NCBI GenBank assembly: GCA_037441475.1
Contig: JBBISB010000001.1
Location: 276,418 to 308,417 of the forward strand
Length of the DNA stretch: 32,000 bases
Reading direction: 5' to 3'
DNA from: Candidatus Iainarchaeum sp.
Lineage (GTDB): Archaea; Iainarchaeota; Iainarchaeia; Iainarchaeales; CSSED10-239
Shown: positions 8,231 to 16,212 of the stretch, one piece after another
How positions within the stretch are numbered: position 1 is the stretch's first letter
Layout: the number at the start of each line of letters is the position of its first letter
Translations under genes and position numbers: made by a program
Notes under the pieces: model-generated
Seen by the model: the letters and a program-made list of their open reading frames with translations, nothing else
Told to the model about the DNA's origin: nothing
The model's database searches: none

Positions 8231-8484
8231 TGAAAAAATAAGACTTACAAAGATACTAATGAATATCAGTAAAAAGAAAATAATTATTGTGTGCTTTAAA
8301 AATTCCTTAAAAGAAATCTTCTTAAGCCCAAAACTATAAAAAATATCCTTTAACTTGATATTTCTATTTAAAAAAAATAAAAAATAGAGAGGAAAAAATA
8401 ATAAAAAAAAATCTAATATATAAAAAATATTAACTCACCTTTTTTTAATAACTATAACTTTTTCCTTTTATTAAATAAACAAAA

Positions 8485-8712
8485 CTATTCCCAAACTGTA
8501 GTTGCACATTTACCACAAGCGTATCTAATTTGTCCATCTTTTGTTTTATGAGAACCCATTTTAACACCTGTACCACACTTAGGACAATCTTTACCTTTTC
8601 TTGTAACATTTGAGCCAGAAACTTCATAGAACTTATTAGCTTTTACTCTAACAGTTTTTTTATGAACCTTCTTTCCTTTCTTAACTGAATTTGCTCCTTT
8701 CTTTTTACCCAT
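8485..8712 (-). CDS. rps27ae: 30S ribosomal protein S27ae (eS31)
   Basis: 75 aa with a basic N-terminus and a C4 zinc ribbon CPKCG...CGKC. It follows S24e as in the conserved archaeal pair. AGGTGA lies 6 nt upstream of the ATG. Confidence 0.9.
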   Translation of the reverse strand: MGKKKGANSVKKGKKVHKKTVRVKANKFYEVSGSNVTRKGKDCPKCGTGVKMGSHKTKDGQIRYACGKCATTVWE

Positions 8713-8751
8713 AATTTTTCACCTTAATTTTTAAATTTTTTATACCAAAAG

Positions 8752-9141
8752 TTACTCTTCTGCTTCGCTTTCCTTTTCCAAAACAACTTCTTCTGCAGGA
8801 GCATCTTTTTTATTCTTTGCTTCTTTTTTTACTTTTCTTTCTGCTTTTAGAGCATCTTCTTTTTCTTTTTCTTGCTTTAAAACATCTCTAATATTATGTT
8901 CAAGTTCAACTTGTTTTAAAGTCTCTAAGTCATCATATATCTTAACATATGCATTAGATATCTTTGATCCAAACTCTTGTGAAATTTTATCAACAACAAC
9001 TAAAGTTTCGTTACATGCTAAAACAGAGGCAACCTTTGTTTGTAATTCTTTTTTACTTGGTGTCTTTGCACTTCTTATTTTTACAAAAACATTTGTTCTT
9101 TTTAAAAGTTCATTTCTTGATTTTTCAAATTCTATTTCCAT
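8752..9141 (-). CDS. rps24e: 30S ribosomal protein S24e (eS24) with a Lys/Glu-rich C-terminal tail
   Basis: eS24-like core (TPSKKELQTKVASVL...VVVDKISQEFGS...AYVKIYD) plus a ~40-aa K/E tail. AGGTGA lies upstream of the ATG. Confidence 0.9.
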   Translation of the reverse strand: MEIEFEKSRNELLKRTNVFVKIRSAKTPSKKELQTKVASVLACNETLVVVDKISQEFGSKISNAYVKIYDDLETLKQVELEHNIRDVLKQEKEKEDALKAERKVKKEAKNKKDAPAEEVVLEKESEAEE

Positions 9142-9206
9142 TAATTTTCACCTTATTTTTTCATTTAATCTTTGAGAGAGATTATATTTTCTTTTATAAA
9201 AAAGAA

Positions 9207-9226
9207 AACTTTACTTTCGTAAAGTT
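9207..9226. promoter_or_regulatory. perfect 8-bp inverted repeat with a 4-nt spacer (AACTTTAC-TTTC-GTAAAGTT) between spt4 and rps24e
   Basis: Seen directly in the sequence. It is flanked on the minus strand by TATA-like TTTTATAAATAA and TTTTTTATAAAAG. It could be a hairpin or a dimeric-factor site. Confidence 0.25.
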
Positions 9227-9259
9227 ATTTATAAAATAAGTATCAACTATTTAAAAAAA

Positions 9260-9484
9260 TCACCTACTCAACCTTAGAGCGTATTTACCAGGAACAGTAA
9301 CATCCATGGCTATACCAATTTCTGATTTTTCAGGATTAATTACTAAAGCAGAGCCTTTCCAGAAAGTTGTAAAGTTTGTAGACTGGCAAACAGGACAAAC
9401 CTTTACAGATTCTTCTTTTCCCTTTTCATTAACTTCTACTTCTTCAATTATCTTTCTACATTTTCTACATGCTTTTTTATTCAT
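9260..9484 (-). CDS. spt4: transcription elongation factor Spt4 (RNA polymerase subunit E'')
   Basis: 74 aa. Zinc ribbon CRKC...CPVC followed by FTTFWKG..INPEKSEIG...PGKYALRL. Its ATG overlaps the rpoE' TGA as ATGA. Confidence 0.9.
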   Translation of the reverse strand: MNKKACRKCRKIIEEVEVNEKGKEESVKVCPVCQSTNFTTFWKGSALVINPEKSEIGIAMDVTVPGKYALRLSR

Positions 9485-10119
9485 TTCTTACCACCTTTTT
9501 TAGCAGGTGCTTTTTTACTTGTAGTTTCTTTTTCTTTAGTTTCTTTTTTAGATGTTCTAGCTACTTTCTTTTCCATCTTTGCATCAATATCTTGCCACTC
9601 AGCTTTACCTAAACCATTTTGTCTCATTGAAAGACCAATCTTAGTTTCAGCAATTGTTTTCTTGAAACTAACATTTGAAATTCTAACTAAAACCTTATCT
9701 TCAACAACCAAAGTTTTTTTACTTTCTTTTGCAAAGAAACCAGGAAGTTCAGGATTATAGGAATTAAAATCTGGCATTACTTGAGAAACATGACATAAAC
9801 CTTCAAAAGGACCGATGTTGATGAAAGCACCAAAATCTGTTGCTTGGCTAACTCTTCCTCTCATGACCTCATGTATCTTAGGAAAATAACTGATTACTCT
9901 AAATTTAGCTCTAAAGAAAACATCTGAGTCTCCTGTTATTATTTCTCCTTCACTATGCTCTAAAACATCTGTAACAGTAATAATAAGACCAATATCCTTA
10001 TCAATAACACCATCATAGTTTATTGATAACTGTTCTTTTAAGATATCTTTTAATTCTCCTGAAAGATTTAAAGGAGAAACTGAAACAATTCCTTCTATGT
10101 CAAATTTTTTGTAACCCAT
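9481..10119 (-). CDS. rpoE: DNA-directed RNA polymerase subunit E' (Rpo7/Rpb7 homolog) with a K-rich tail
   Basis: 212 aa. Rpb7-like N-domain plus an S1 fold (GRVSQATDFGAFINIGPFEGLCHVSQV), in the conserved slot upstream of spt4. Confidence 0.9.
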   Translation of the reverse strand: MGYKKFDIEGIVSVSPLNLSGELKDILKEQLSINYDGVIDKDIGLIITVTDVLEHSEGEIITGDSDVFFRAKFRVISYFPKIHEVMRGRVSQATDFGAFINIGPFEGLCHVSQVMPDFNSYNPELPGFFAKESKKTLVVEDKVLVRISNVSFKKTIAETKIGLSMRQNGLGKAEWQDIDAKMEKKVARTSKKETKEKETTSKKAPAKKGGKK

Positions 10120-10140
10120 ATAAAATTCCTCTTTATATAT

Positions 10141-10548
10141 TTATATTAATAAAACACTATTTAATTTTAATGTTAGGACTCTATTTTTTCTAAGCTTTAT
10201 TTTATCTTTTAACTTTCTATCGTTTGTATACACTAAGTATTTATCACTGTAATATATTAATAAATTATCTATTTTTTGATATTTTGGGCTTAATGCTAAA
10301 ATACTCTCATCAACCTTTAAAATTTCAAATTTACCTAAATCTTTTAATTTTTCTAAATAATTTTTTGTAATTGCAAGTTTTCTTGGTTTATCTTTATAAA
10401 CCTTTGAAAGCTCATCAATTACTTTATCTAAAATGAAAAACTTTGCATCAGGAATTAATATTTTCACATAATCAAAGATATCTTTCTTGTTTTCATACAT
10501 GTAAATTAATACATTAGTATCAATTAAGATGTTATTTGATCTCGCCAT
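10141..10548 (-). CDS. PIN-domain nuclease, Fcf1/Utp24-like (COG1412-type conserved archaeal PIN protein)
   Basis: PIN acidic signature (ILIDTNVLIY ... YTNDRKLKDKI). It occupies the conserved slot between aIF2-gamma and rpoE'. ATG at 10548 is preferred over TTG 10557 and overlaps the aIF2-gamma 3' end by 17 nt. Confidence 0.75.
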   Translation of the reverse strand: MARSNNILIDTNVLIYMYENKKDIFDYVKILIPDAKFFILDKVIDELSKVYKDKPRKLAITKNYLEKLKDLGKFEILKVDESILALSPKYQKIDNLLIYYSDKYLVYTNDRKLKDKIKLRKNRVLTLKLNSVLLI

Positions 10549-11737
10549 ATCCTGCAAGTCTCCATCTACTATTTACATTTCTACTTACTGCGACTTTATT
10601 TTTTGGATAATAGGCAGCAGATCTTGAAAGTAAAATTTCAAATTCATTATTTTTATTTATTTTTTTAATAACACCAAATTGTGCAGCAGAACCAATAACA
10701 AGAACCACTTTTTCACCAATCTTAAATTCTGTTTTATTAGGTTCTAAAAGTCTATCTATCTTAAAATAATCAATCTTAAGATTAACTGATAAAATAGGTT
10801 TTGATTTTTCGTCACAAACTAACTGTCCAACCATTTTATCTGAAAAACAAATAAAAGGATCTAAATCAGTACCAATAGCTATTAAACCACCAGCATGTGC
10901 TTGTTTTAAAGATATTTTTTCTGAGTTTAAGGATTTTACAACAAACTCTAAAGGTCCATTTTCCAAACCAGGGTAGATAAATACCTTATCGTTTAAAGAA
11001 AGTTTACCTTGCATTATAGCCCCACCAATAACTCCACCTTTTAAATCCTTTATGTTTGTTGAAGGTTTATTAATGTCAAAAGATCTTATAATCTGCATCT
11101 TTAAAGGAAGGTTTGATTGCTCCTCTTTTGACGGTAAGGGCATAGTGTTAACTATAGCGTAGATTAAAGCATCTATATTAGTGTCAAAATGAGCTGATGT
11201 TGGGATTATAGGTGCATTTTCATAACCAACACTATCTAAAAAAGCTCTAAGTTTAGTATGGTTTATTAAAGCATCTTCTTTACTAACTAAGTCAATTTTG
11301 TTTTGAGCAACAACAAGATTCTTTATACCATGCATCTTAAGTGCTAAAAGATGTTCAACAGTTCTTGGTTGAGGACATTCTTCATTTGCAGCTACAACTA
11401 AGATTGCACCGTTAAGTAAAGCAGCACCAGAAAGCATAACAGCCATTAAGGTTTCGTGTCCAGGAGCATCTACAAAAGAAACTTTTCTTACCATTTGTGT
11501 TTTATTGCCTGTTAAAGGATGAGTTTTTTGAGAGGTGTAACTTGAAATACCATCGACAGTAGGATCAATATAAAACTCTACATCAGCATACCCTAACTTA
11601 ATAGAGATACCTTGCTTTATTTCCTCAGAGTGACTATCAGTCCATTTTCCTGTAAGTTTTGAAGTTAATGTTGTTTTACCGTGATCAACATGTCCAACAA
11701 TTCCAACATTTATTTCTGCTTGTATTTCATTTGTCAT
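10532..11737 (-). CDS. eif2g: translation initiation factor aIF2 gamma subunit
   Basis: 401 aa. GTPase motifs GHVDHGKTTL, VDAPGHE and QNKIDL, with length and domain order typical of a/eIF2-gamma. Confidence 0.95.
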   Translation of the reverse strand: MTNEIQAEINVGIVGHVDHGKTTLTSKLTGKWTDSHSEEIKQGISIKLGYADVEFYIDPTVDGISSYTSQKTHPLTGNKTQMVRKVSFVDAPGHETLMAVMLSGAALLNGAILVVAANEECPQPRTVEHLLALKMHGIKNLVVAQNKIDLVSKEDALINHTKLRAFLDSVGYENAPIIPTSAHFDTNIDALIYAIVNTMPLPSKEEQSNLPLKMQIIRSFDINKPSTNIKDLKGGVIGGAIMQGKLSLNDKVFIYPGLENGPLEFVVKSLNSEKISLKQAHAGGLIAIGTDLDPFICFSDKMVGQLVCDEKSKPILSVNLKIDYFKIDRLLEPNKTEFKIGEKVVLVIGSAAQFGVIKKINKNNEFEILLSRSAAYYPKNKVAVSRNVNSRWRLAGYGEIK

Positions 11738-11743
11738 GATTTC

Positions 11744-12063
11744 TTATCCTTTATTCTTTTTATGAATGGTTTCTAATGTAAAAAATATTCTCCAGCGATT
11801 ATAAAGATCAGGCCATTCTTTTTGTCTTTTTTTTAAAACCTCATTCATGGATGTTAATGTGGCAAGTTCAATTTCTGCTTTTCCTCTATTTTCTCTATAT
11901 ATCTTAATAACAGATTCGACAGAGGGTTCTTTTTTAGTTTTAGCTAAAAATCAACTTTTCTTCTTGTGTTTTTAATTTCCTGAACACTTCTTGAATTTAC
12001 TTCTTCAATTAATTTTTTAGGAGAAACTGGTTTTCCTATAATTTTTTTATTTGGCTTTGGCAT
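11744..12063 (-). pseudogene. frame-disrupted small ORF (39-codon ATG-initiated part, then a 66-codon open continuation in the -1 frame)
   Basis: Hand translation gives MPKPNKKIIGKPVSPKKLIEEVNSRSVQEIKNTRRKVDF, then TAG at 11946-11944 inside GATTTTTAG. The -1 frame continues LAKTKKEPSVESVIKIYRENRGKAEIELATLTSMNEVLKKRQKEWPDLYNRWRIFFTLETIHKKNKG to TAA at 11746-11744. That second frame has no early start codon. No family recognised. Confidence 0.5.
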
Positions 12064-12119
12064 ATTTTCTTCTATTGAATATTTATTTTATTAAAAGAAA
12101 AATTTTATTTTTTAAAAAA

Positions 12120-12506
12120 TTATTTCTTTTCTTCCTTAGGTTTAAAATACTTTTCAGATAAGATTTTAGTGTCTCCAGAAGTTACCTTAATATTTATTTG
12201 TTGAATATGGTTTGAAATAATTCTTCCAGCAACTCTTCTTCTTCTTCTTTCCCTTTTTCTTGTTGGTTTAAAGCCAACTCCACCAGTCAATAATAATTTT
12301 TTTCTATTCTCTGAGTCAACAGTACCGTGCATTGGAAAACCATCTTTATCAGATCCTCCAGTAATAATACCCTTAAGACCTGCTGAAATAAAAGATAAGT
12401 CAACTTCATCTTTTATTTTTTTACCTACAAAGTAAAGACCTGTCTTTTCATCAGTATCAACAGAATAGGTTTTTGAATTTTTTGGATCTGCAACATTTAA
12501 TTTCAT
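12120..12506 (-). CDS. rps6e: 30S ribosomal protein S6e (eS6)
   Basis: 128 aa with eS6 blocks GGSDKDGFPM and KPTRKRERRRRRVAG. Confidence 0.9.
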   Translation of the reverse strand: MKLNVADPKNSKTYSVDTDEKTGLYFVGKKIKDEVDLSFISAGLKGIITGGSDKDGFPMHGTVDSENRKKLLLTGGVGFKPTRKRERRRRRVAGRIISNHIQQINIKVTSGDTKILSEKYFKPKEEKK

Positions 12507-12546
12507 TTTTAAAACACCTCTATATTGTTTTTTTATAAATATTTTT

Positions 12547-14286
12547 TTAATTACTAACTCTTTTTGATTTTATATTGTAAAGCATATCTTGTTCTTCATT
12601 TGTAAGATCATCAAGAATAAGTTCAAGTTTTTTAATAGCCCAATCAGGAACATAAACTGAAAGAACATTCTCTTCCTTAAAATCCTTTAAGTAAACTGCA
12701 TTTTTAATGGATACTGCTGCTTCAAAGCCTCTTTCTAAAATATCTAAGGCTTTTCCTTCAGCCTGAAGAGCTTCAACAATACCAATCTCTTTATCTCCAT
12801 TTAAAAGTTTACAACCAGGGGTTAATTTTCCTTTTAAAACCTTAACACCTACAATAGCAGGTTTACTTGTCCTAAAAACATGGTTTTTTAAAACTTTAAT
12901 TTCACAAGGGAAAACTATATCTTTTAATAGTTTATCTTTCTCTTGTTTATTTTCTTTTAAAAGCCAATCTGCATGCTCTTCTATTAATTTATAAATGATA
13001 TTATTTTTAAAGACAGGTATTTTCTCTTTATTTAAATCATCTAAAAAATCTTTTGAAATTTCAGCATTAAATAAAAACAATACTCCTTTCTTTTTATCTT
13101 TCTCATGTAAGACCTTTACTTCTAAAAGATCTTTTTGAGTAACAGGCCCAATATCTGCTTTTGCTATTGGGATATTATTTTTTGTTAAAAGTTTTGTTAA
13201 AGCCTCTAAAGACCCTAAAGTATCTGTTTTTACAAAAGATCCATCAACATCTGATGATACAAAACCACCTAATGGTTTTTCTTTAAGTCTTGAAACTGCT
13301 TCTATGTCTTCTGAAGAAACTATAATACTTCCAGGAAGAGCTTTCTCAAGATCTGGCGCTACTATCTTAACACCACTTGCAGCTGAAACAAAATCTACAC
13401 TTTTATAATCTCTCTTTTTATTAATTGCACTCATAACATTTAACTTTAAAAGAGACTTAACTTTTGTTTCAATAACTCCTTCTCTTGAAAGAAAAGAAAT
13501 TCTATCTTTAACTTTTAAAACACCTTGGTAGATAATAGCATCTACTGTTTTTCCTATACCTTTAATCTCACCAATCTCTAAAATCGTTCCTTGTGATTTT
13601 TGAGAAGGCTCAATTGTTATTCTAGGACCTAAAAATTTCTGTGAAAGAACTGCTAAAAACAAAATTGCTTCTGTTAAACCATATTCTTTTTCACATGAAG
13701 TTGGAATAATTGCAATCTGCTTTTTAAAATCTGTTATTCTATCAAACCTTTCAGCAGCAAAACCCTTATCATACAACTGTCCAACAATCTTATATATTTT
13801 TTCATCAATTCTTTCTGTTGTAGACTTAGATTGACTTTCAAGAGATGTTGATACATCTTTTCCTTCTTGAAAATAACCTGATATTAAATCTATTTTATTT
13901 GCAGCAATAATAAAAGGAACCTTATACATTTTTAATATTTCTAAAGTTTCTATATCTTGTGCTTGCATACCTTTATTAACATCAACAACTAAAACTACAA
14001 GATCAGCTAAAGATCCACCACGCTCTCTTAAATTATCAAAAGCATTATGTCCTGGTGTGTCTATGAATAATATACCAGGAAGAGTAATTTCAAAGTTGTA
14101 TTTTTTAAAAAGATGAGAACATATTTTTAAAATAACATCTGAGGATATCTCTGTTGCACCAATATGCTGGGTAATTTTTCCAGCTTCAAGCTTTGCAATA
14201 CCGGTACCTTTGATTTTATCTAGAAAGGTTGTCTTTCCAGAATCAATATGTCCCATTATTGTTATTATTGGTTGTCTAAACAACAA
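12547..14286 (-). CDS. infB: translation initiation factor aIF5B (IF2 homolog)
   Basis: 579 aa. GHIDSGKTTFLDKI, IDTPGH and ANKIDL. A TTG start lies 5 nt after AGGTGAT, and the G1 motif begins at residue 11 as in aIF5B orthologs. Confidence 0.95.
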   Translation of the reverse strand: MLFRQPIITIMGHIDSGKTTFLDKIKGTGIAKLEAGKITQHIGATEISSDVILKICSHLFKKYNFEITLPGILFIDTPGHNAFDNLRERGGSLADLVVLVVDVNKGMQAQDIETLEILKMYKVPFIIAANKIDLISGYFQEGKDVSTSLESQSKSTTERIDEKIYKIVGQLYDKGFAAERFDRITDFKKQIAIIPTSCEKEYGLTEAILFLAVLSQKFLGPRITIEPSQKSQGTILEIGEIKGIGKTVDAIIYQGVLKVKDRISFLSREGVIETKVKSLLKLNVMSAINKKRDYKSVDFVSAASGVKIVAPDLEKALPGSIIVSSEDIEAVSRLKEKPLGGFVSSDVDGSFVKTDTLGSLEALTKLLTKNNIPIAKADIGPVTQKDLLEVKVLHEKDKKKGVLFLFNAEISKDFLDDLNKEKIPVFKNNIIYKLIEEHADWLLKENKQEKDKLLKDIVFPCEIKVLKNHVFRTSKPAIVGVKVLKGKLTPGCKLLNGDKEIGIVEALQAEGKALDILERGFEAAVSIKNAVYLKDFKEENVLSVYVPDWAIKKLELILDDLTNEEQDMLYNIKSKRVSN

Positions 14287-14409
14287 AAATCACCTTTGTT
14301 TTTTATATTATTTTAAAAAATCAGATTCTCCTTTCTGTTAAAAAAAATTAAATTAATTTTTTATTTTTATTATTAAAAACAAAAAAAATATAAAATAGAA
14401 AAAGAAAAA

Positions 14410-14607
14410 TTACTTTTTCTTCAAGTGTCTTTCTTTTTCTATATGATATTTATTTGTCCACTTTGTCTTGTGTGCTTTAAACTTCTTTTCAAGAACATTT
14501 ATCTTACATTTACTTGAACAAAATAAATGTGTTGTTCCATCTTTCTTTACATACAAGATTCCAGTTCCTTTTGGTATTGCTTTTCCGCAAAATGTACATT
14601 CCATCAA
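14410..14607 (-). CDS. rpl24e: 50S ribosomal protein L24e (eL24)
   Basis: 65 aa. CTFCGKAIPKGTG...FCSSKC zinc motif. Last gene of the L7Ae-S28e-L24e trio. Confidence 0.9.
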   Translation of the reverse strand: MMECTFCGKAIPKGTGILYVKKDGTTHLFCSSKCKINVLEKKFKAHKTKWTNKYHIEKERHLKKK

Positions 14608-14614
14608 AAATCAC

Positions 14615-14824
14615 CTAACGTGCCTTAATGTCTTTTGCTTCTGTTTCAGGATTCATTAATAATAGAACGTCCCCTTTCTTAACATTACCTTTGACATTTC
14701 TTTTTTTTATTCTACCTTTTTCGTAACCGTCAATAACTCTGCAAAGAACTTGGGTAGCTTCTCCTCTTGAACCTGTTCTACCTACTACTTCAACTACTTC
14801 AGCAGGTATTCCTTCATCAGCCAT
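14615..14824 (-). CDS. rps28e: 30S ribosomal protein S28e (eS28)
   Basis: 69 aa. AEVVEVVGRTGSRGEATQVLCRV...RNVKGNVKKGDVLLL is the eS28 signature. Confidence 0.9.
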   Translation of the reverse strand: MADEGIPAEVVEVVGRTGSRGEATQVLCRVIDGYEKGRIKKRNVKGNVKKGDVLLLMNPETEAKDIKAR

Positions 14825-14840
14825 ATATTATTCCTCCCAC

Positions 14841-15305
14841 TTATTCTTTGTTTTCTTTAGCGTCTTTAACTTCAGCTACTTTAGGTTTTTCTTTTTTAAC
14901 TTCAGCTTTAGGTTTTTCTTCCTTAACAACAGCTTTCTTTCCACCAGATACTTCTTCTATTTTATCTGTTAAAGTTGTTAATTCTTTTTGTAATGACCCT
15001 GCATCAGTTATTGCAATACAACTTGCTTTAGCTGAAATACCAACCATTTTTCCTAAATCTTCTTTTGTCTTTGCGTAAGAAAAAGTAATTTTCTTTTCTT
15101 TTGCTATAATAGGGATATGCATTACAATTTCAGCTGGAGAAACATCTTCTGCAATAATAACAAGTTTTGCATTTCCTCTCTCAATTGTTTTTGTAACTTC
15201 GTTTATACCTATTTTTATTTTACCTGCTTTTGATATTTTCTTAACAGTTTCATCTTGTAAAACTCTTAAGTCTTCAGGCATAGAGAATTTTATAAATTCA
15301 GACAT
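14841..15305 (-). CDS. rpl7ae: 50S ribosomal protein L7Ae (eL8, K-turn binding protein) with a K/E-rich C-terminal tail
   Basis: Core KIGINEVTKTIERGNAKLVIIAEDVSPAEIVMHIP plus a ~35-aa tail. ATG at 15305 lies 7 nt after GGAGGT. The TTG at 15314 used by the ORF track sits inside that SD hairpin and is unlikely to be the start. Confidence 0.92.
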   Translation of the reverse strand: MSEFIKFSMPEDLRVLQDETVKKISKAGKIKIGINEVTKTIERGNAKLVIIAEDVSPAEIVMHIPIIAKEKKITFSYAKTKEDLGKMVGISAKASCIAITDAGSLQKELTTLTDKIEEVSGGKKAVVKEEKPKAEVKKEKPKVAEVKDAKENKE

Positions 15306-15312
15306 GACAAAC

Positions 15313-15336
15313 AACCTCCTTATAGTGTCATTGGTT
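15313..15336 (-). promoter_or_regulatory. putative K-turn/K-loop hairpin in the L7Ae 5' UTR, overlapping the Shine-Dalgarno
   Basis: The minus strand reads 5'-AACC AAU GA C ACUAUAA G GA GGUU-3'. This gives a 4-bp C-stem, a 3-nt bulge, two GA dinucleotides placed for tandem sheared G-A pairs, and a C-G pair closing a 7-nt loop. GGAGGU is the SD. Confidence 0.4.
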
Positions 15337-15457
15337 TTTTAGTTTTTTTTAAAAAAAGAACTATATATATAAATATTATATACGAGGGAATGTTTTTAAA
15401 TATAATTATTTAAGAAAGATAAGAAAAAGATTATTAAAAATAAGAGAAAAGGAAAAA

Positions 15458-16183
15458 CTATTTTTTCCAATAGTCCTTAAAGTGAGAAAGTAAAGCATTT
15501 GCAAGAGTTGGATTGTTCTCTAAAACAGTTAAATTGTATGCTTTCTTTGGAGAAGATAAATCATTTAAAGCCATAATAACTTTCTTTTTATCAACAACAA
15601 AAGCATCCATAGAATGATTAGTCTCTTGAACAGAAACATGCTTTGGTATTTCATGAAGCTTTGTAACAGGATTTGTTAAAATACTTACATTTAAGTTTTT
15701 ATTAGTAAAAACAGATTTTAAGGAATCTATTCTTTCATCAAGATTTGTAAAACCATGTATCTCTTTTTGAGCACTTTCAAACTCTTGTGAAAGGAATTTG
15801 TTATAGTCTTTAAGGTTATTTACTTGTAAAACCTTTTCAGGAGTGTTTGTTGCATAAGAAGACCAGGTGGTATTTAAAACAACCTCATCTACTTTTTTAG
15901 AAAGGTTTAAAAGTTCGTTTTTCTTAGAGTCTAAAAGGCCTTTAAAGATTTCATCAGGATTAATTATTTTATAAGTTTTTGGACTTTTATAAACCTCTAA
16001 AACATATCCTTTTTCTTTAAGTTTATCTAAAACATCATATATTCTTGTTTTAGGAATTTCTGAGTTTCTACTTATGGTAGGTGCATCAGATTCAGAGAAT
16101 TTGAATAACGTAACAAGTGCTTTTGCTTCATACTCAGTTAAATTAAGCTCCTTTAAAAGAGAAACTAAATAATTGTCTTTCAT
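15458..16183 (-). CDS. TrmB-family transcriptional regulator
   Basis: 241 aa. The N-terminal winged HTH is typical of TrmB (LTEYEAKALVTLFKFSESDAPTISRNSEIPKTRIYDVLDKLKEKGYV). The C-terminal domain is unassigned. Confidence 0.7.
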   Translation of the reverse strand: MKDNYLVSLLKELNLTEYEAKALVTLFKFSESDAPTISRNSEIPKTRIYDVLDKLKEKGYVLEVYKSPKTYKIINPDEIFKGLLDSKKNELLNLSKKVDEVVLNTTWSSYATNTPEKVLQVNNLKDYNKFLSQEFESAQKEIHGFTNLDERIDSLKSVFTNKNLNVSILTNPVTKLHEIPKHVSVQETNHSMDAFVVDKKKVIMALNDLSSPKKAYNLTVLENNPTLANALLSHFKDYWKK

Positions 16184-16212
16184 GTCATTTTCACACTCAT
16201 CTACGTTTTTAT

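Noticed and set aside
8445-8627. 60-aa minus-strand ORF in an alternative frame of the S27ae region
   Set aside because: It overlaps the S27ae frame, which has the diagnostic C4 zinc ribbon and a proper SD. The alternative frame has no recognisable features.
11944-11946. TAG read-through or stop-codon reassignment as the explanation for the interrupted ORF
   Set aside because: TAG clearly terminates other well-defined genes here: the HAD gene at 1671-1673, the TraB-like gene at 7482-7484 and L24 at 28826-28828. The zero frame after the TAG closes again after 29 codons, whereas the -1 frame is open for 66.
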